From Dendrobates tinctorius (taxonomy: Eukaryota): a stretch of 64,000 nucleotides of DNA. The notes below the pieces were generated by a model, which worked only from the letters and a program-made list of their open reading frames with translations, had not been told where the DNA came from and ran no database searches. Location of the stretch: assembly GCF_039654945.1 (NCBI RefSeq), contig NW_027361784.1, forward strand, positions 35,526,001-35,590,000, read 5' to 3'. The position numbers and the translations under genes were made by a program. This document shows positions 47,390 to 59,819 of this stretch, piece after piece. The number at the start of each line of letters is the position of its first letter. Position 1 is the first letter of the stretch.

Positions 47390-49014
47390 CAGTTAGGTCC
47401 ATATATATTTGGACAGAGACAACAATTTTCTAATGTTGGTTCTAGACATTATAAACAAAACAATTCAGATGCAGTTGAAGTTCAGACTTTCAGCTTTCAT
47501 TTGAGAGTATCCACATTAAACTTGGATGAAGGGTTTAGGAGTTTCAGCTCCTTAACATGTGCCACCCTGTTTTTAAAGGGACCAAAAGTAATTGGACAAT
47601 TGACTCCAAGGCTATTTCATGGACAGGTGTGGGCAATCCCTTCGTTATGTCATTCTCAATTAAGAAGATAAAAGGTCTGGAGTTGATTTGAGGTGTGGTA
47701 CTTGCATTTGGAAGGTTTTGCTGTGAAGGAAACCAGCGGTCAAAGGAGCTCTCCATGCAGGTGAAACAAGCCATCCTTAAGCTGCAAAAACAGAAAAAAC
47801 CCATCCGAGAAATTGCTACAACATTAGGAGTGGCAAAATCTACAGTTTGGTACATCCTGAGAAAGACAGAAAGCACTGGTGAACTCATCAATGCAAAAAG
47901 ACCTGGGCGCCCACGGAAGACAACAGTGGTGGATGATCGCAGAATAATCTCCATGGTGAAGAGAAACCCCTTCACAACAGCCAACCAAGTGACCAACACT
48001 CTCCAGGAGGTAGGCGCATCAATATCCAATATCTAAAGAGAGGACTGCATGAAAGTAAATACAGAGGGTTCACTGCACGGTGCAAGCCACTCATAAGCAT
48101 CAAGAATAAAAAGGCTAGACTGGACTTTGCTAAAAAAAAAACATCTAAAAAAGCCAGCACAGTTCTGGAAGAACATTCTTTGGACAGATGAAACCAAGAT
48201 CAACCTCTACCAGAATGACGGAAAGAGAAAAGTATGGCGAAGGCGTGGTACAGCTCATGATTCAAAGCATACCACATCATCTGTAAAACACGGCGGAGGC
48301 AGTGTGATGGCTTGGGCATGCATGGCTGCCAGTGGCACTGGGTCACTAGTGTTTATTGATGATGTGACACAGGACAGAAGCAGCCGAATGAATTCTGAGG
48401 TATTCAGAGCCATACTGTGCTCAGATCCAGCCAAATGCAGCCAAACTGATTGGTCGTCGTTTCATACTACAGATGGACCCAAAACATAAAGCCAAAGCAA
48501 CCCAGGAGTTTATTAAAGCAAAGAAGTGGAATATTCTTGAATGGCTAAGTCAGTCACCTGATCTCAACCCAATAGAGCATGCATTTCACTTGTTAAAGAC
48601 TAAACTTCAGACAGAAAGGCCCACAAACAAACAGCAACTGAAAACCACCGCAGTGAAGGCCTGACAGAGCATCAGAAAGGAGGAAACACAGCGTCTGGTG
48701 ATGTCCATGAGTACAAGACTTCAGGCAGTCATTGCCAACAAAGGGTTTTCAACCAAGTACTAGAAATGAACATTTTATTTACAATTATTTAATCTGTCCA
48801 ATTACTTTTGGCACCTTTAAAAACAGGGTGGCACATGTTAAGGAGCTGAAACTCCTAAACCCTTCACCCAATTTTAATGTGGATACCCTCAAATGAAAGC
48901 TGAAAGTCTGAACTTCAACTGCATCTGAATTGTTTTGTTTAAAATTCATTGTGGTAATGTCTAGAACCAAAATTAGAAAAATGTTGTCTGTCCAAATATA
49001 TATGGACCTAACTG
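47390..49014 (+). mobile_element. Decayed Tc1 DD34E, copy 2 (opposite orientation to 39135-40626)
   Basis: TA TSD, ~200-bp TIRs. Frameshifted transposase with LWTDETK and SPDLNPIEH. Confidence 0.94.
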
Positions 49015-49249
49015 TATATAGTTGCAAAGCTTGTATAATGCGGGAATATTTTATTCATTCCAGCAATAAGTAAACAGATTCTATCCAATGTTCCAAGCTT
49101 GCAGGTTTTTTTTTCCTCAAGGAATCTGTAACAATATGTACAGAAAGTTAATAACGAGCATCAAAATAAAAGCAAATAGAACAGACCAATACAATCCAGG
49201 AAAAAAATACTTGAATATTTTGTTATACAAAAATAACAGTAATCTCGAC

Positions 49250-49900
49250 ATAGTTTAGTAGCAGTAGTAATAGGAAATCTCACGCTGAGATCTTGTAAAT
49301 ATGACTCGACAGTACTGTAGATCTAGAGCCACAAGGTGAGTGTATGATATCACAGTGAGAGCACTGTTTAGTTTGTGGAAACTTATTGATATGGTGTGCA
49401 TTGTGCTCTGCCAAATGAAGATGTCATCAATAAATCTCTTCTGTGTTATTACATGTTGGATGGATAACACGTGTGTGTACACAGGTAGTTCTTCAAACTT
49501 GGACTGTACTTACTGGCATATAAGGGCGCTACATTTGAACCCATTGCGGTGCCGCTTTTAAAAAAAAAAAAAAGTAGAACTTTTATCCTAGATTTGAAAA
49601 AAATCCTGATAAGGATAAGTGCTAAGATGTCTGAGCAGAATTTGTTTTTCACTGCAATGAAAGTCATCCTGCTGTTGAGTATGTGTTCCTCTAATCTTCT
49701 ACCTAGTGTCCGGGCTATACATGTATACCAGATGTTACCCTTCATGGTGACCAGCAAATTGTTTGTAGGTATGGTGTCGAGATTGCTTAGAACAGGTAGA
49801 AAGTCAATAGTGTCCCTGAGGAATGATTGGTTGTGACTTACGAGAAAACTTATAAAGGTGACAAAATGGAATCAGTAGATGGCGGTTGGGGCAGATTTTT
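49250..49900 (-). pseudogene. Penelope-like element RT relic
   Basis: LVTMKGNIWYTCI, GTAMGSNVAPLYA and KRFIDDIFIW in successive frames. These resemble the PLE RT motifs GTAMG..AP.YA and RYIDDIF. Confidence 0.75.
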
Positions 49901-50169
49901 ATGAATTCATGAATGGTGTTTAAAAAAGAAAAAAAAAATTGAAAAGAAGCAAAAGCTTTGTGACTGTATGTAAATTATTTAGGAAATCTCTAGTGTCTAT
50001 AATCCCTTCCTAATTATAATTCAAGAGTTTTTTTTTTTTATCTCAAATATGAGAAATTTAGTTCTGGGAGTATAAATATTATCACTGAATTGAGAATAGA
50101 TTTTGTGTATGTAGATTTATTTGTTCATAAGATCAAAGGTTGCACCCTGGAGGAAAGGGGCAGATTGTT

Positions 50170-52030
50170 CTGATGTGACTACTAGGGACTAAGGAGTGCT
50201 GCCATGACTATTGGGGGTTAGGATGTAGCTGTAAGCACTGGAAGAAAGTGGGAGAGGCTTCTAATGTGACTGATGGATAGTAGGAAGTTCTGCCATGACT
50301 ATTGGGGGTTAGGATGTAGCTGTAAGCACTGGAAGAAAGTGGGAGAGGCTTCTAATGTGACTGATGGATAGTAGGAAGTTCTGCCATGACTATTGGGGGT
50401 TAGGATGTAGCTGTAAGCACTGGAAGAAAGTGGGAGAGGCTTCTAATGTGACTGATGGATAGTAGGAAGTTCTGCCATGACTATTGGGGGTTAGGATGTA
50501 GCTGTAAGCACTGGACGAAAGTGGGAGAGGCTTCTGATGTGACTGATGGATAGTAGGAAGTTCTGCCATGACTATTGGGGGTTAGGATGTAGCTGTAAGC
50601 ACTGGAAGAAAGTGGGAGAGGCTTCTAATGTGACTGATGGATAGTAGGAAGTTCTGCCATGACTATTGGGGGTTAGGATGTAGCTGTAAGCACTGGACGA
50701 AAGTGGGAGAGGCTTCTGATGTGACTGATGGATAGTAGGAAGTTCTGCCATGACTATTGGGGGTTAGGCTGTAGCTGTAAGCACTCGACGAAAGTGGGAG
50801 AGGCTTCTGATGTGACTGATGGATAGTAGGAAGTTCTGCCATGACTATTGGGGGTTAGGCTGTAGCTGTAAGCACTGGACGAAAGTGGGAGAGGCTTCTT
50901 ATGTGACTGATGGATAGTAGGAAGCTCTGCCATGACTATTGCGGGTTAGGATGTAGCTGTAAGCACTGGAGGAAAGTGGGAGAGGCTTCTGATGTGACTG
51001 ATGGATAGTAGGAAGCTCTGCCATGACTATTGGGGGATAGGATGTAGCTGTTAGGCTGTAGCTGTAAGCACTGGACGAAAGTGGGAGAGGCTTCTTATGT
51101 GACTGATGGATAGTAGGAAGCTCTGCCATGACTATTGGGGGTTAGGCTGTAGCTGTTAGGCTGTAGCTGTAAGCACTGGACGAAAGTGGGAGAGGCTTCT
51201 TATGTGACTGATGGATAGTAGGAAGCTCTGCCATGACTATTGGGGGTAAGGATGTAGCTGTAAGCACTGGAGGAAAGTGGTAGAGGCTTCTGATATGACT
51301 GATGGATAGTAGGAAGCTCTACCATGACTATTGGGGGATAGGATGTAGCTGTAAGCACTGGACGAAAGTGGGAGAGGCTTCTGATGTGACTGGATAGTAG
51401 GAAGCTCTGCCATGACTATTGGGGGTTAGGATGTAGCTGTAAGCACTGGAGGAAAGTGGGAGAGGCTTCTGATATGACTGATGGATAGTAGGAAGCTCTG
51501 CCATGACTATTGGGGGATAGGATGTAGCTGTAAGCACTGGACGAAAGTGGGAGAGGCTTCTGATGTGACTGGATAGTAGGAAGCTCTGCCATGACTATTG
51601 GGGGTTAGGATGTAGCTGTAAGCACTGGAGGAAAGTGGGAGAGGCTTCTGATATGACTGATGGATAGTAGGAAGCTCTGCCATGACTATTGGGGGATAGG
51701 ATGTAGCTGTAAGCACTGGACGAAAGTGGGAGAGGCTTCTGATGTGACTGGATAGTAGGAAGCTCTGCCATGACTATTGGGGGTTAGGATGTAGCTGTAA
51801 GCACTGGCGGAAAGAGGCTTGTGATATGAAAACACAGAAGAATAGGCAGCACTGCCATGACTGGGGGGTTAGGATGTAGCTGTGATTACTGGAAGAAAGG
51901 GGGAGAGGCTTCTGATGTGGCTGATGGGTAATACGGAGCTCTGCCATGACTGTTGGTGGTTAGGATGTGGCTGTGACTACTGGAAGAAAGATTCCTGCTC
52001 TGACTACAGTAAAATAGAGAAGTAGCCATG
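50170..52030 (+). repeat. 91-bp minisatellite, ~19-20 copies, with a 179-bp higher-order repeat at ~51330-51790
   Basis: Unit TAGGAAGTTCTGCCATGACTATTGGGGGTTAGGATGTAGCTGTAAGCACTGG...GATGGATAG. Identical ORF translations at offset 179. Confidence 0.95.
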
Positions 52031-52488
52031 ACTGTTAAAGGGGTTGTCCACCTTTTGGGATAAAACTTAATGTGATCAGTAGCTGTAAATCAGCTGAGAG
52101 GCGCTCAGAAAGAGACCTAGAACAGTTACAAACTCTCCCTCGTCAGACAATCTCACTGACTGATTCTCAGTTACCTAATTTTGCAGCCACTCAACGCAAA
52201 AATTAGATCAAGCTCCGTAATCGTTAAAGGGTTTCTCCTTTACTCCATAAAACGCATGGTGAATAGTCGTGCCCTAGTCAACGCGTTTCAAGTATCAATC
52301 CTTAATCAACATCTCTTCGGTCAGCCATCGAACATTCTGCAGCCAGCGATACACAGAGGCGGTAGAAGACCCTCTCCCCATGGGGCCCACGTCTGTCTTT
52401 ACAATAGGAGCTCCTTTTTGTGCATCGAGGAAGGAGGAGATGGAAATAATCCACTCTTTCCACGGTGCTGATTCTTTTCTTTCTTCAG

Positions 52489-52660
52489 GTATCCGTCAAA
52501 GATTGAGAAAATCGACTATGAAGAAGAAAAAATGCTGGTCCATTTTGAACGCTGGAGCAGTCGATACGACGAGTGGATTCACTGGGACAGCAGCCGCATC
52601 CGTCCTCTCGAGAAACCGGCGCTACGGAAAGAAGGACCGCGGGACGAGGAGGAGAACATT
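52489..52660 (+). CDS. phf20l1: phf20l1 coding exon 2 (Tudor 1)
   Basis: ttcag| [57 protein letters not shown] |gtacgt. 172 nt, phase-compatible. Confidence 0.97.
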
Positions 52661-54149
52661 GTACGTGTGCTGTAACGTCCGGTATCCTAACAGTCCTCCC
52701 CGGCGCTCCTCTCTTCTAGGAGGACACATCAGTCACTGTGCAGAGTGTGGTTTACTTAAAGGGATTTTCCTTCTTCTTGGGCAGAGCTGCTGAGCTCAGT
52801 GATTGTCTGCAGCGCTGGCTACATGACACTGGGGGGGCAGCAGCAAGGACTGGGCGATTGACCAGGGGAGGGGGAGTAGAGCGAAGTTAGATATTGTTAA
52901 AGAAACTGCCCCTGTGAACACTGGAGGACCCCACCGTCATACACCCTAATTGTTAACCCCTTCCTGTCAGCCACATTTTTTTTTATATATATATATAGTT
53001 TTCCATGAACTTTTCAGAAAGAAAACTTTGTTTTGTTGGCTGAATTGTAGTTTTGACTGACACCAATCACTTTACCATATAATGTACCGGAAAATGTAAA
53101 AGTAAAATAAAATGGTGACAGGTTCATTGTGCAGTAAACAAGACCCGGCAGCGTCATTTTTCGATTATGGCGATACCAAATGTGTGTTTTGGTTTTTTTT
53201 TTTTGTTACCATTTTCCGAGACCCATGGACTGTAGTTTTTATTTTATTTTTTTTACCATTTTGGGGATCTTAATACAGTTTTTTTTGGGGGGGAAAGAGA
53301 CTGAGTCTCAAATTTTTCCCTTCCGGCGTTCTGTTTTTTTTCTTTTTTCTTTCTTCCCCCCCCCAACAGCAATATCAAATGTGTGTTTTTTATGTTTTAT
53401 TATCAGATGTGGAAACATGGGTGGAGGTTAATCCAATTTTTTATGTTTTTAGTATCTTTTACCTTTTTTTTCACTTAATCCTGTTTGATCACTTCCACTT
53501 TATACTGTAATATCTCAGTATTGCAAAATGTAGTAAAAAGAGCGATCTCTGGATTGCAGCCTATACTGATTGGAAGCTTAATCCCGTCCTATGCTCGCGT
53601 TGTCTCCAGAGCTGCATTTACAATTCTCCTGATCAGCGCTCCCTCTTCAGTGAAACTTACTGATCCAACGGTCTGCAATGTATGCGGGACATCATTTATG
53701 GAGCCATCATTGTGACTGCAGTAAAAGACTTGGATCAGCATCCAGGATGATTATGTTTAGATGTTACACTGCAGAATTATGAATGCAGCTCTGGAGTATA
53801 ATACAGACCGCTCGCTGTAAGACATTTTAAGGGTTTTTCTGGGAATTATTTTTCCCTCCTCATCGGAAATCACAAGGTAAACTAAAAAAAAACCTCTCTA
53901 TTTCCAACATTGTGTATCCGCCACCACTGCAGGTGATCATCAAATCCCCACAGCGCATGTGATCACCCACACACTCCTGCAACACGACATACACGAGGAC
54001 CTTAGGTTGTTGTGGCAGCTTGTTAGGGTGAACGCACGGGGCTCTGCCATTGTGCCCAAGCGATCACCGAACTAGGTCTTAGTTCCGGAATTCCAAAATA
54101 AAGATCCCTCAAGTTTTATTATGTTGTCTTTTTTTTATTTTTTTTATAG

Positions 54150-54234
54150 GATTTTCAAGAAGGTGAAGAAGTTCTGGCCCGATGGACGGATTGTCGGTAT
54201 TATCCTGCCAAGATCGAAACCATAAATAAGGAAG
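54150..54234 (+). CDS. phf20l1: phf20l1 coding exon 3 (Tudor 2)
   Basis: tatag| [28 protein letters not shown] |gttcgt. 85 nt. Confidence 0.97.
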
Positions 54235-54807
54235 GTTCGTGGTTCTGAGAAGTAACGTTCAGAGTTGTGTCATCAGGTCGTCACCGGCTCCGTCTTCTAT
54301 AAAGCTGTAGTTGATGGGCAAGATATTAGAAAGCTTAGATCATCGGCGCTGAAGCCTTATAACGCTACACTGCTATGTATCCCTACTATCGGTTGGTGGA
54401 GAGGACGGGTATGAGCGGTTGCAGCTGTCGGCTATATACCCGTCATCGGCCATAATGGTCACTGACCGCCCGTTGGATTGGATTTATGGCAGGTGCCGGC
54501 TGTGTTATACAGCTAGCGCCTGTCACTGCCAGGAGAGACCGGAGTTGGCTCTGTTTGCTGCTTATTAACCTTCTAGATGCCGTTGTCAATCAATATTTAA
54601 ATGCTTTTCATCGGGTGTCGATCACCTATCGAGGGGCTCCGTCAGTGCCATTTTGGAGCTTTGGGCTTCTTGGGAAATCAAGTTATTATAATTGGGATTT
54701 AATGAGGATGAGCAAGAGTTATATAATATTAATCATTCTTGGAAAACAACTCTCCTAGAAAATAGAACAAAAATAGAAAATAAAAAAATATATATTTTAT
54801 ACTTTAA

Positions 54808-55084
54808 AGGGTTTGTCCGCTACGTGGACACTCCCTTCTGATTCCATATGTTTCCTCCAGTAAGATAATAACGCCTATACTCGCCTCCGACGTCTGCGCC
54901 ATTCCAGCGGTGTCAGCACCAGTGCTCCCAGGGCTCTCGTGACATTATACGTCATGCAAGCCCCGAGAGAGACAGTGCTGGGACCGCTGGAACGGCACCG
55001 ACGCTGGAGGTGGGTATAGGCGTTATTTTATTGGGGGGCAAACGTGGATTGAGAAGGGGTTGTCAGAGTAGTGGACAGCCTTTT
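54808..55084. mobile_element. T2-like palindromic MITE
   Basis: TTAA|AGGGTTTGTCCGCTAC ... GTAGTGGACAGCCTTT|TTAA. Confidence 0.7.
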
Positions 55085-55416
55085 TAATTTTAAAAATAGA
55101 ATACAGTACTTAGAGTACGCCCATCTCCAAGATCCTATCTCAATAAGTAGTAGGTATAATAATAATCGCAAATACTTCCAATTATAAATGTTGTCTAGTT
55201 CTTCTGATTAGCTCATGTGCAGGACCTTAAGTATCCTTTATTATTATTACATTTGCTACATATTTGGATAAGATCTTGGAGGATCTGGATAAAAAGAGTT
55301 AGATTTGATTGTCTGTAATTGTAGTTATGAAGATTATTTTTTTTCCTGCATTTTTATCTAATATTTCCATTTCTTGTGACTGTTCCCACCTGACCCCATG
55401 TGTTTTTACCTCGCAG

Positions 55417-55505
55417 GTAACTATACTGTGCAGTTTTATGATGGGGTCATTCGATGTCTGAAGAAGATGCACATTAAGTCAATGCCAGAAGATGCCAGAG
55501 GCCAG
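55417..55505 (+). CDS. phf20l1: phf20l1 coding exon 4
   Basis: cgcag| (G)[29 protein letters not shown] |gtagcc. 89 nt. Confidence 0.97.
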
Positions 55506-55863
55506 GTAGCCCACCCTTCCCTCAGTAATCCAGCTTTTATTTCTTCATATCCCATTTAATTTCCCTGCAGCTGGTTGTGCCTTGGCACAAAGTCCCCGCA
55601 CAGTCACAATTTAAGGGACTTTAACCTACCTTAAAGGGCTTCTTTTGGGTTTTATTATGAAAGGCCTATCATTTAGGCTCATCAATATCCGATTGTAGGG
55701 GGACGGACTCCCACCGATCAGCTGATCGGAGGGATGTGCACCATTGAGAGTGTCACAGCGCCATATTGTGTGTAGTGGCTGAAATTGGTACTGCATGCTT
55801 TCACTCCATAACAGTGGATATACTGAAGATGCCAACTGGTGACTTCTTTTTTTTTTTGTCCAG

Positions 55864-56068
55864 GACTGGATAGCGTTAGTCAAAGCAGCTGCTGCCGTGG
55901 CCAAGAACAAGTCCACCAACAAGCCAAGGACGAGCGTTAACAGCAATAAAGACATTAAAGAAGAGAAAAAAATACAAAAAGCATCTTCAAAAAAGGAAGA
56001 AGCCCCCACCAGTAAACCTGCGGAACTGCTCCACAAGGAAGAGGAGCCGACGTCGAGCAGCAACCTGG
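55864..56068 (+). CDS. phf20l1: phf20l1 coding exon 5
   Basis: tccag| [30 protein letters not shown]...PTSSSNL |gtacaa. 205 nt. Confidence 0.93.
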
Positions 56069-56644
56069 GTACAAAAACACTCGTGTTATTAGTAGAAAGG
56101 GAGGCCTTCTCTTCTATCGTTTGAAATATGCAGATAAATGTCAAAAAAAAAAAATTCTAAGTGTGATGAAATGGTGAAGGAAAATGGATGGTCCACGTCA
56201 GTCCCATTACGGCGATATCAAACACATCAATTACTATTTTTTTTATTTTTTGTTTAAGTGTTGAAAATTCAGAATGTTGTGAAAAAAAAAAAAAAAAAAT
56301 TTCCATGGTGTCGCGCTTGGGATTTATCTTTTATTCACAATTTCTTTATACGCTCGTAGGATAATGATTTAAATGAGCTGCTGGATTATTTTGTACTTCT
56401 TGCTCCTATGGGTATTTAGTAGTGGGGATATATTCACTTCGTCTGTTCCCTAAAACGAAAAGGGTACGGGAGCCACTTGATTCTCTGGACCGGCGGGGTG
56501 TCGGACCGATGGTCTGAAAATGATTTTATAAGCTTGTGAATAAGCAGCTTGCATTTTGGACATCAGATTTTATAAAAAAAAATTTAACTCACTTTTTTTT
56601 ATCACTTTGATTCTGTAAACTAATGGAAATGTCTTAAAACGTAG

Positions 56645-56770
56645 AAATTGAATTAGAAGAATTTCCAAAACTGCCTCTCCAGCAGCGAGATGATGAGGTG
56701 TTACTGAAGAGGAAGATCAGCCAAGCCAGCTCTTTCCAAGCCAAACGTGCCCGTCTAAACAAAATAACAG
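56645..56770 (+). CDS. phf20l1: phf20l1 coding exon 6
   Basis: cgtag| (E)IELEEFPKLPLQQRDDEVLLKRKISQASSFQAKRARLNKIT |gtacgg. 126 nt. SFQAKRARLNKITG is conserved. The acceptor is weak, so the start is less certain. Confidence 0.9.
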
Positions 56771-56869
56771 GTACGGTCTTCTCCTGGGCATGTACTCGCC
56801 TGCGGTGCCCGCGCCGCTCCATTGATGTCTGCTCCCAGGGCTCCCTTGACATTATATTACAGGAGATCT

Positions 56870-57230
56870 GCGGCCACAAATGGGCTACTTTACTCTCAAT
56901 CCCTTTGGACGGAACTGACTTGAGGAGCAAATCAGAACTGCTGCTCTCTGACGTCTCCCGGATGTCAGTTTCATCTGAAAGAAATGAGAGTGAAATGGCC
57001 CATTACTGACCCTTGATTGGCAGCTGGGCTCACATGACATAAAGTCACTGGAACTCTGTGGTCACAAATGGGCTGCTTCACTCTCAATCCCTTTGGATGA
57101 AACTGACTTCGGGAAGAAATCAGAACTGATACTGTTCTCTGACTTCCTCCAGATGTCAGTTTTGACTGAAAGAAGTGAGAGCGAAATGACCCATTACTGA
57201 CCTTTGATTGGCTGCAGGGCTCAAATAACC
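56870..57230 (+). repeat. ~186-bp imperfect tandem duplication
   Basis: GGCCACAAATGGGCTACTTTACTCTCAATCCCTTTGG at ~56872 is repeated at ~57060. Confidence 0.85.
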
Positions 57231-57827
57231 TAGCACTGTCATGGGGGCCCCAGGGCCAACATCGTTAGAAGGGTGCCAGCACCTGTGGCGAGTACAGGCT
57301 GTTTTTATTTTGCATGCTGGAATGTTGTAATTGAGAAAGTGCTGTCCGAATTGTGGAAAACCCCTTGAATTTTTTCGGTAAATTGACTCGGGAGACTGTG
57401 ATGATCGCTCTAAAACGTCATCTGAAGGGTTGGTTTATGATTTTGTATTATTGTCCTATTAGAAAAACTTAAAGGTAACCCGTCAACCTGTTTTTATTTA
57501 CAGAAGTAGTGGTATAACCGTGTCGGCACTTGTTCCCCTATTAAAAGAAATCAAAGTTTTTTTCTTTTTAGAGATCTGATGTGCCAATCATGAGAAATCT
57601 AACACAGAAGCCATATGCAAATAAGGTGGGAAGTGCACAGGGGGCGTGTCTATGCACTTTTTTGCTCTGCTTATTTTGAGTGCATTGACACACCATTGGT
57701 GCACTTTCTGCCTGATTTGCATATGGCTTCTCATGACTAGCACATTGGATCTCTACAAAATAAAATAAAAAGGTATTTTAATTTCCAGTCAACCATATCA
57801 CTATGGAAAAAAATGTGCTTCCTTTAA

Positions 57828-58278
57828 AGGATATCTGTCAGAAGGTTTTTGCTATGTAATCTGAAATCCGCATGATATAGGGGCAGCGACTCCAGTGATG
57901 TCACTTTCTGGGTTGTGATTTGCTGCTTCAATACAATCAGTGTTTTATCAGCAGGAGAATATCACTACAGGAATAGGTGTCTCGTGTCTCCTGGTGGAAC
58001 CCCGCCCACACCACTGATTGGCAGCTTTATGTACACAGAAAGCTTCCAATCGGTGGTGTGGGTGAGGTTATACACAGAAAGTGGCCAATCGGTGGCATGG
58101 GCGGGGTTATACACAGCTCAGAATTCCGAGCTCTGCTAGATCTGCAGCAGAGAAAACAGGGAGTGTATCTCAACTGATCCACCCATTAAACTAAGTGACA
58201 CATCGCTGGAATCAGGGTCTCTGTTCCTACATCATGTTGCTGTCAGATTACATTTCAAAACCTGCTGACAAATTCCAT
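57828..58278. mobile_element. T2/Kolobok-like MITE
   Basis: TTAA|AGGGATATCTGTCAGAAGGTTTT ... AAAACCTGCTGACAAATTCCAT|TTAA. Confidence 0.8.
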
Positions 58279-59819
58279 TTAAGAGGTTAGAGGAACTATC
58301 AGCTCTCTGACCCGTCTGCTTTAGTGAACATTTGGATTTACCATTAAAATACCATCTAACATTTTTTTTGAAAATTATACATTGTGACGTTCCTCTGTTA
58401 TTTCTTCTGGAATTATAGGAATGAATTGACAAATTAAAATTTTTTTTATTTGTTAATGTGGCATGACAGCTGAAAAAATTTAATCTGCTGATCAGACAAA
58501 GTAGGATCAAAAGTCCCCTTTACATGGACTAATAATCGGCCGAGCATTAGCCTTTGTACATAGGGCAGAGATTAGCCAGCAGATTGCTTGATTGTCCTCT
58601 GACTTCATTGTTTTCCGCAGGCTTAGAAATCATTGTCATTGGCAGCACATATTCTTGTGTACACCGGTGATGTGCTGCTGACAATTTTGCCAATGGCAGA
58701 GGACAGAGAGCGATCATAGTAGAAATTGTTCTGTCCACATTTACAAATATCCATGGGAGTACATGGAAGCAACAGGCAGACCGGAGACATCCGGTAGATC
58801 ACAGACAGGTTGAAGAAGTACTTGAAGTGGAAGGTAGGCAAGAGACATCCTGGAAGCCACAGGGAGACACGTGTCTCTACTATCTGGACTCCTGGACGTC
58901 TCCGGTCTGCCTGCGGCTTCCAGTACCTCTGCTTATTGTTCCCGGTCTTCTAGGACCTCTGGTACTTGTTCCTGGTCTTTAAGGACCTCTGCTACGTGTC
59001 TACCTGCAGCTTCCAGGACATCTCCTGTCCGCCTGTGGCTGCCAGTACCTCTGCTACTTGTTCCTGGTCTTCCAGGGTCTCTGCTACGTGTCCGCCTGAG
59101 GCTTCCAGGAAATCTCCTGTCCACCTGTGTCTTCCAGTACCTCTGCAACCTGACTACAATCTTCGAGACACCTGCAAATTGTCTCCATTAATCTGTATCC
59201 TGCCTGCCTCACCTGTCTGTTGTACCGACGCCCGGGTGCCCTCCTGGAGCTTGGGCTTAGAGGATCCACCTCATCTAGGGATCCCTTGACACTCGGCTTG
59301 AAATTTTCTCTGCAATTTAAAGGGAAATTTCTCATGAGAGAGAAAGGAAGAAAAGTTTTGATCCAGTAAAGCTCCAAGCCGTAAGCAGAGACTAACACAC
59401 GTGGTCTGCACTTCTCTAAGGACCTTTATAGACGGGACGAGTTAGCTCTAAGATGCGATCATTCGATAAATGCCTCGTTCTTCGGTTGATTGCTGCCATG
59501 ATTACAGGAGATGATCGGGAACAACCGTTCTTACCAATCCTTGTTCTGTCAGTTATTTTCCTTTTGTAAAAGGCTTTTAAAGGGAATGTGTCATCCGAAA
59601 AATAGTCTAGTGTGCTGCATGTTTTAAACGTTTTTTGGCAAACTTTTTTTTTTTTTTTCTTTTCCATATCACAATTCTCTTTAAAATTCAGAATTTTTTT
59701 TTTTTTTAACTAGCTGTTTCGGGAGACAACACTTACATTAACAGCAGTGTACAATCCCCGATCCTATGTTTTGTATTGAAGCATCTAATGTGTGTGCAAA
59801 GGTCATTGTGAAGAGAAGG

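Noticed and set aside
55506-55863. Equivalent of the mammalian alternative insert between GQ and DWIALV
   Set aside because: No convincing open, similar segment with splice sites was found in this intron.
58745-59190. ORFs of 70-107 aa in a CT-rich repeated segment
   Set aside because: Degenerate short tandem and inverted repeats with no protein motif or splice support.
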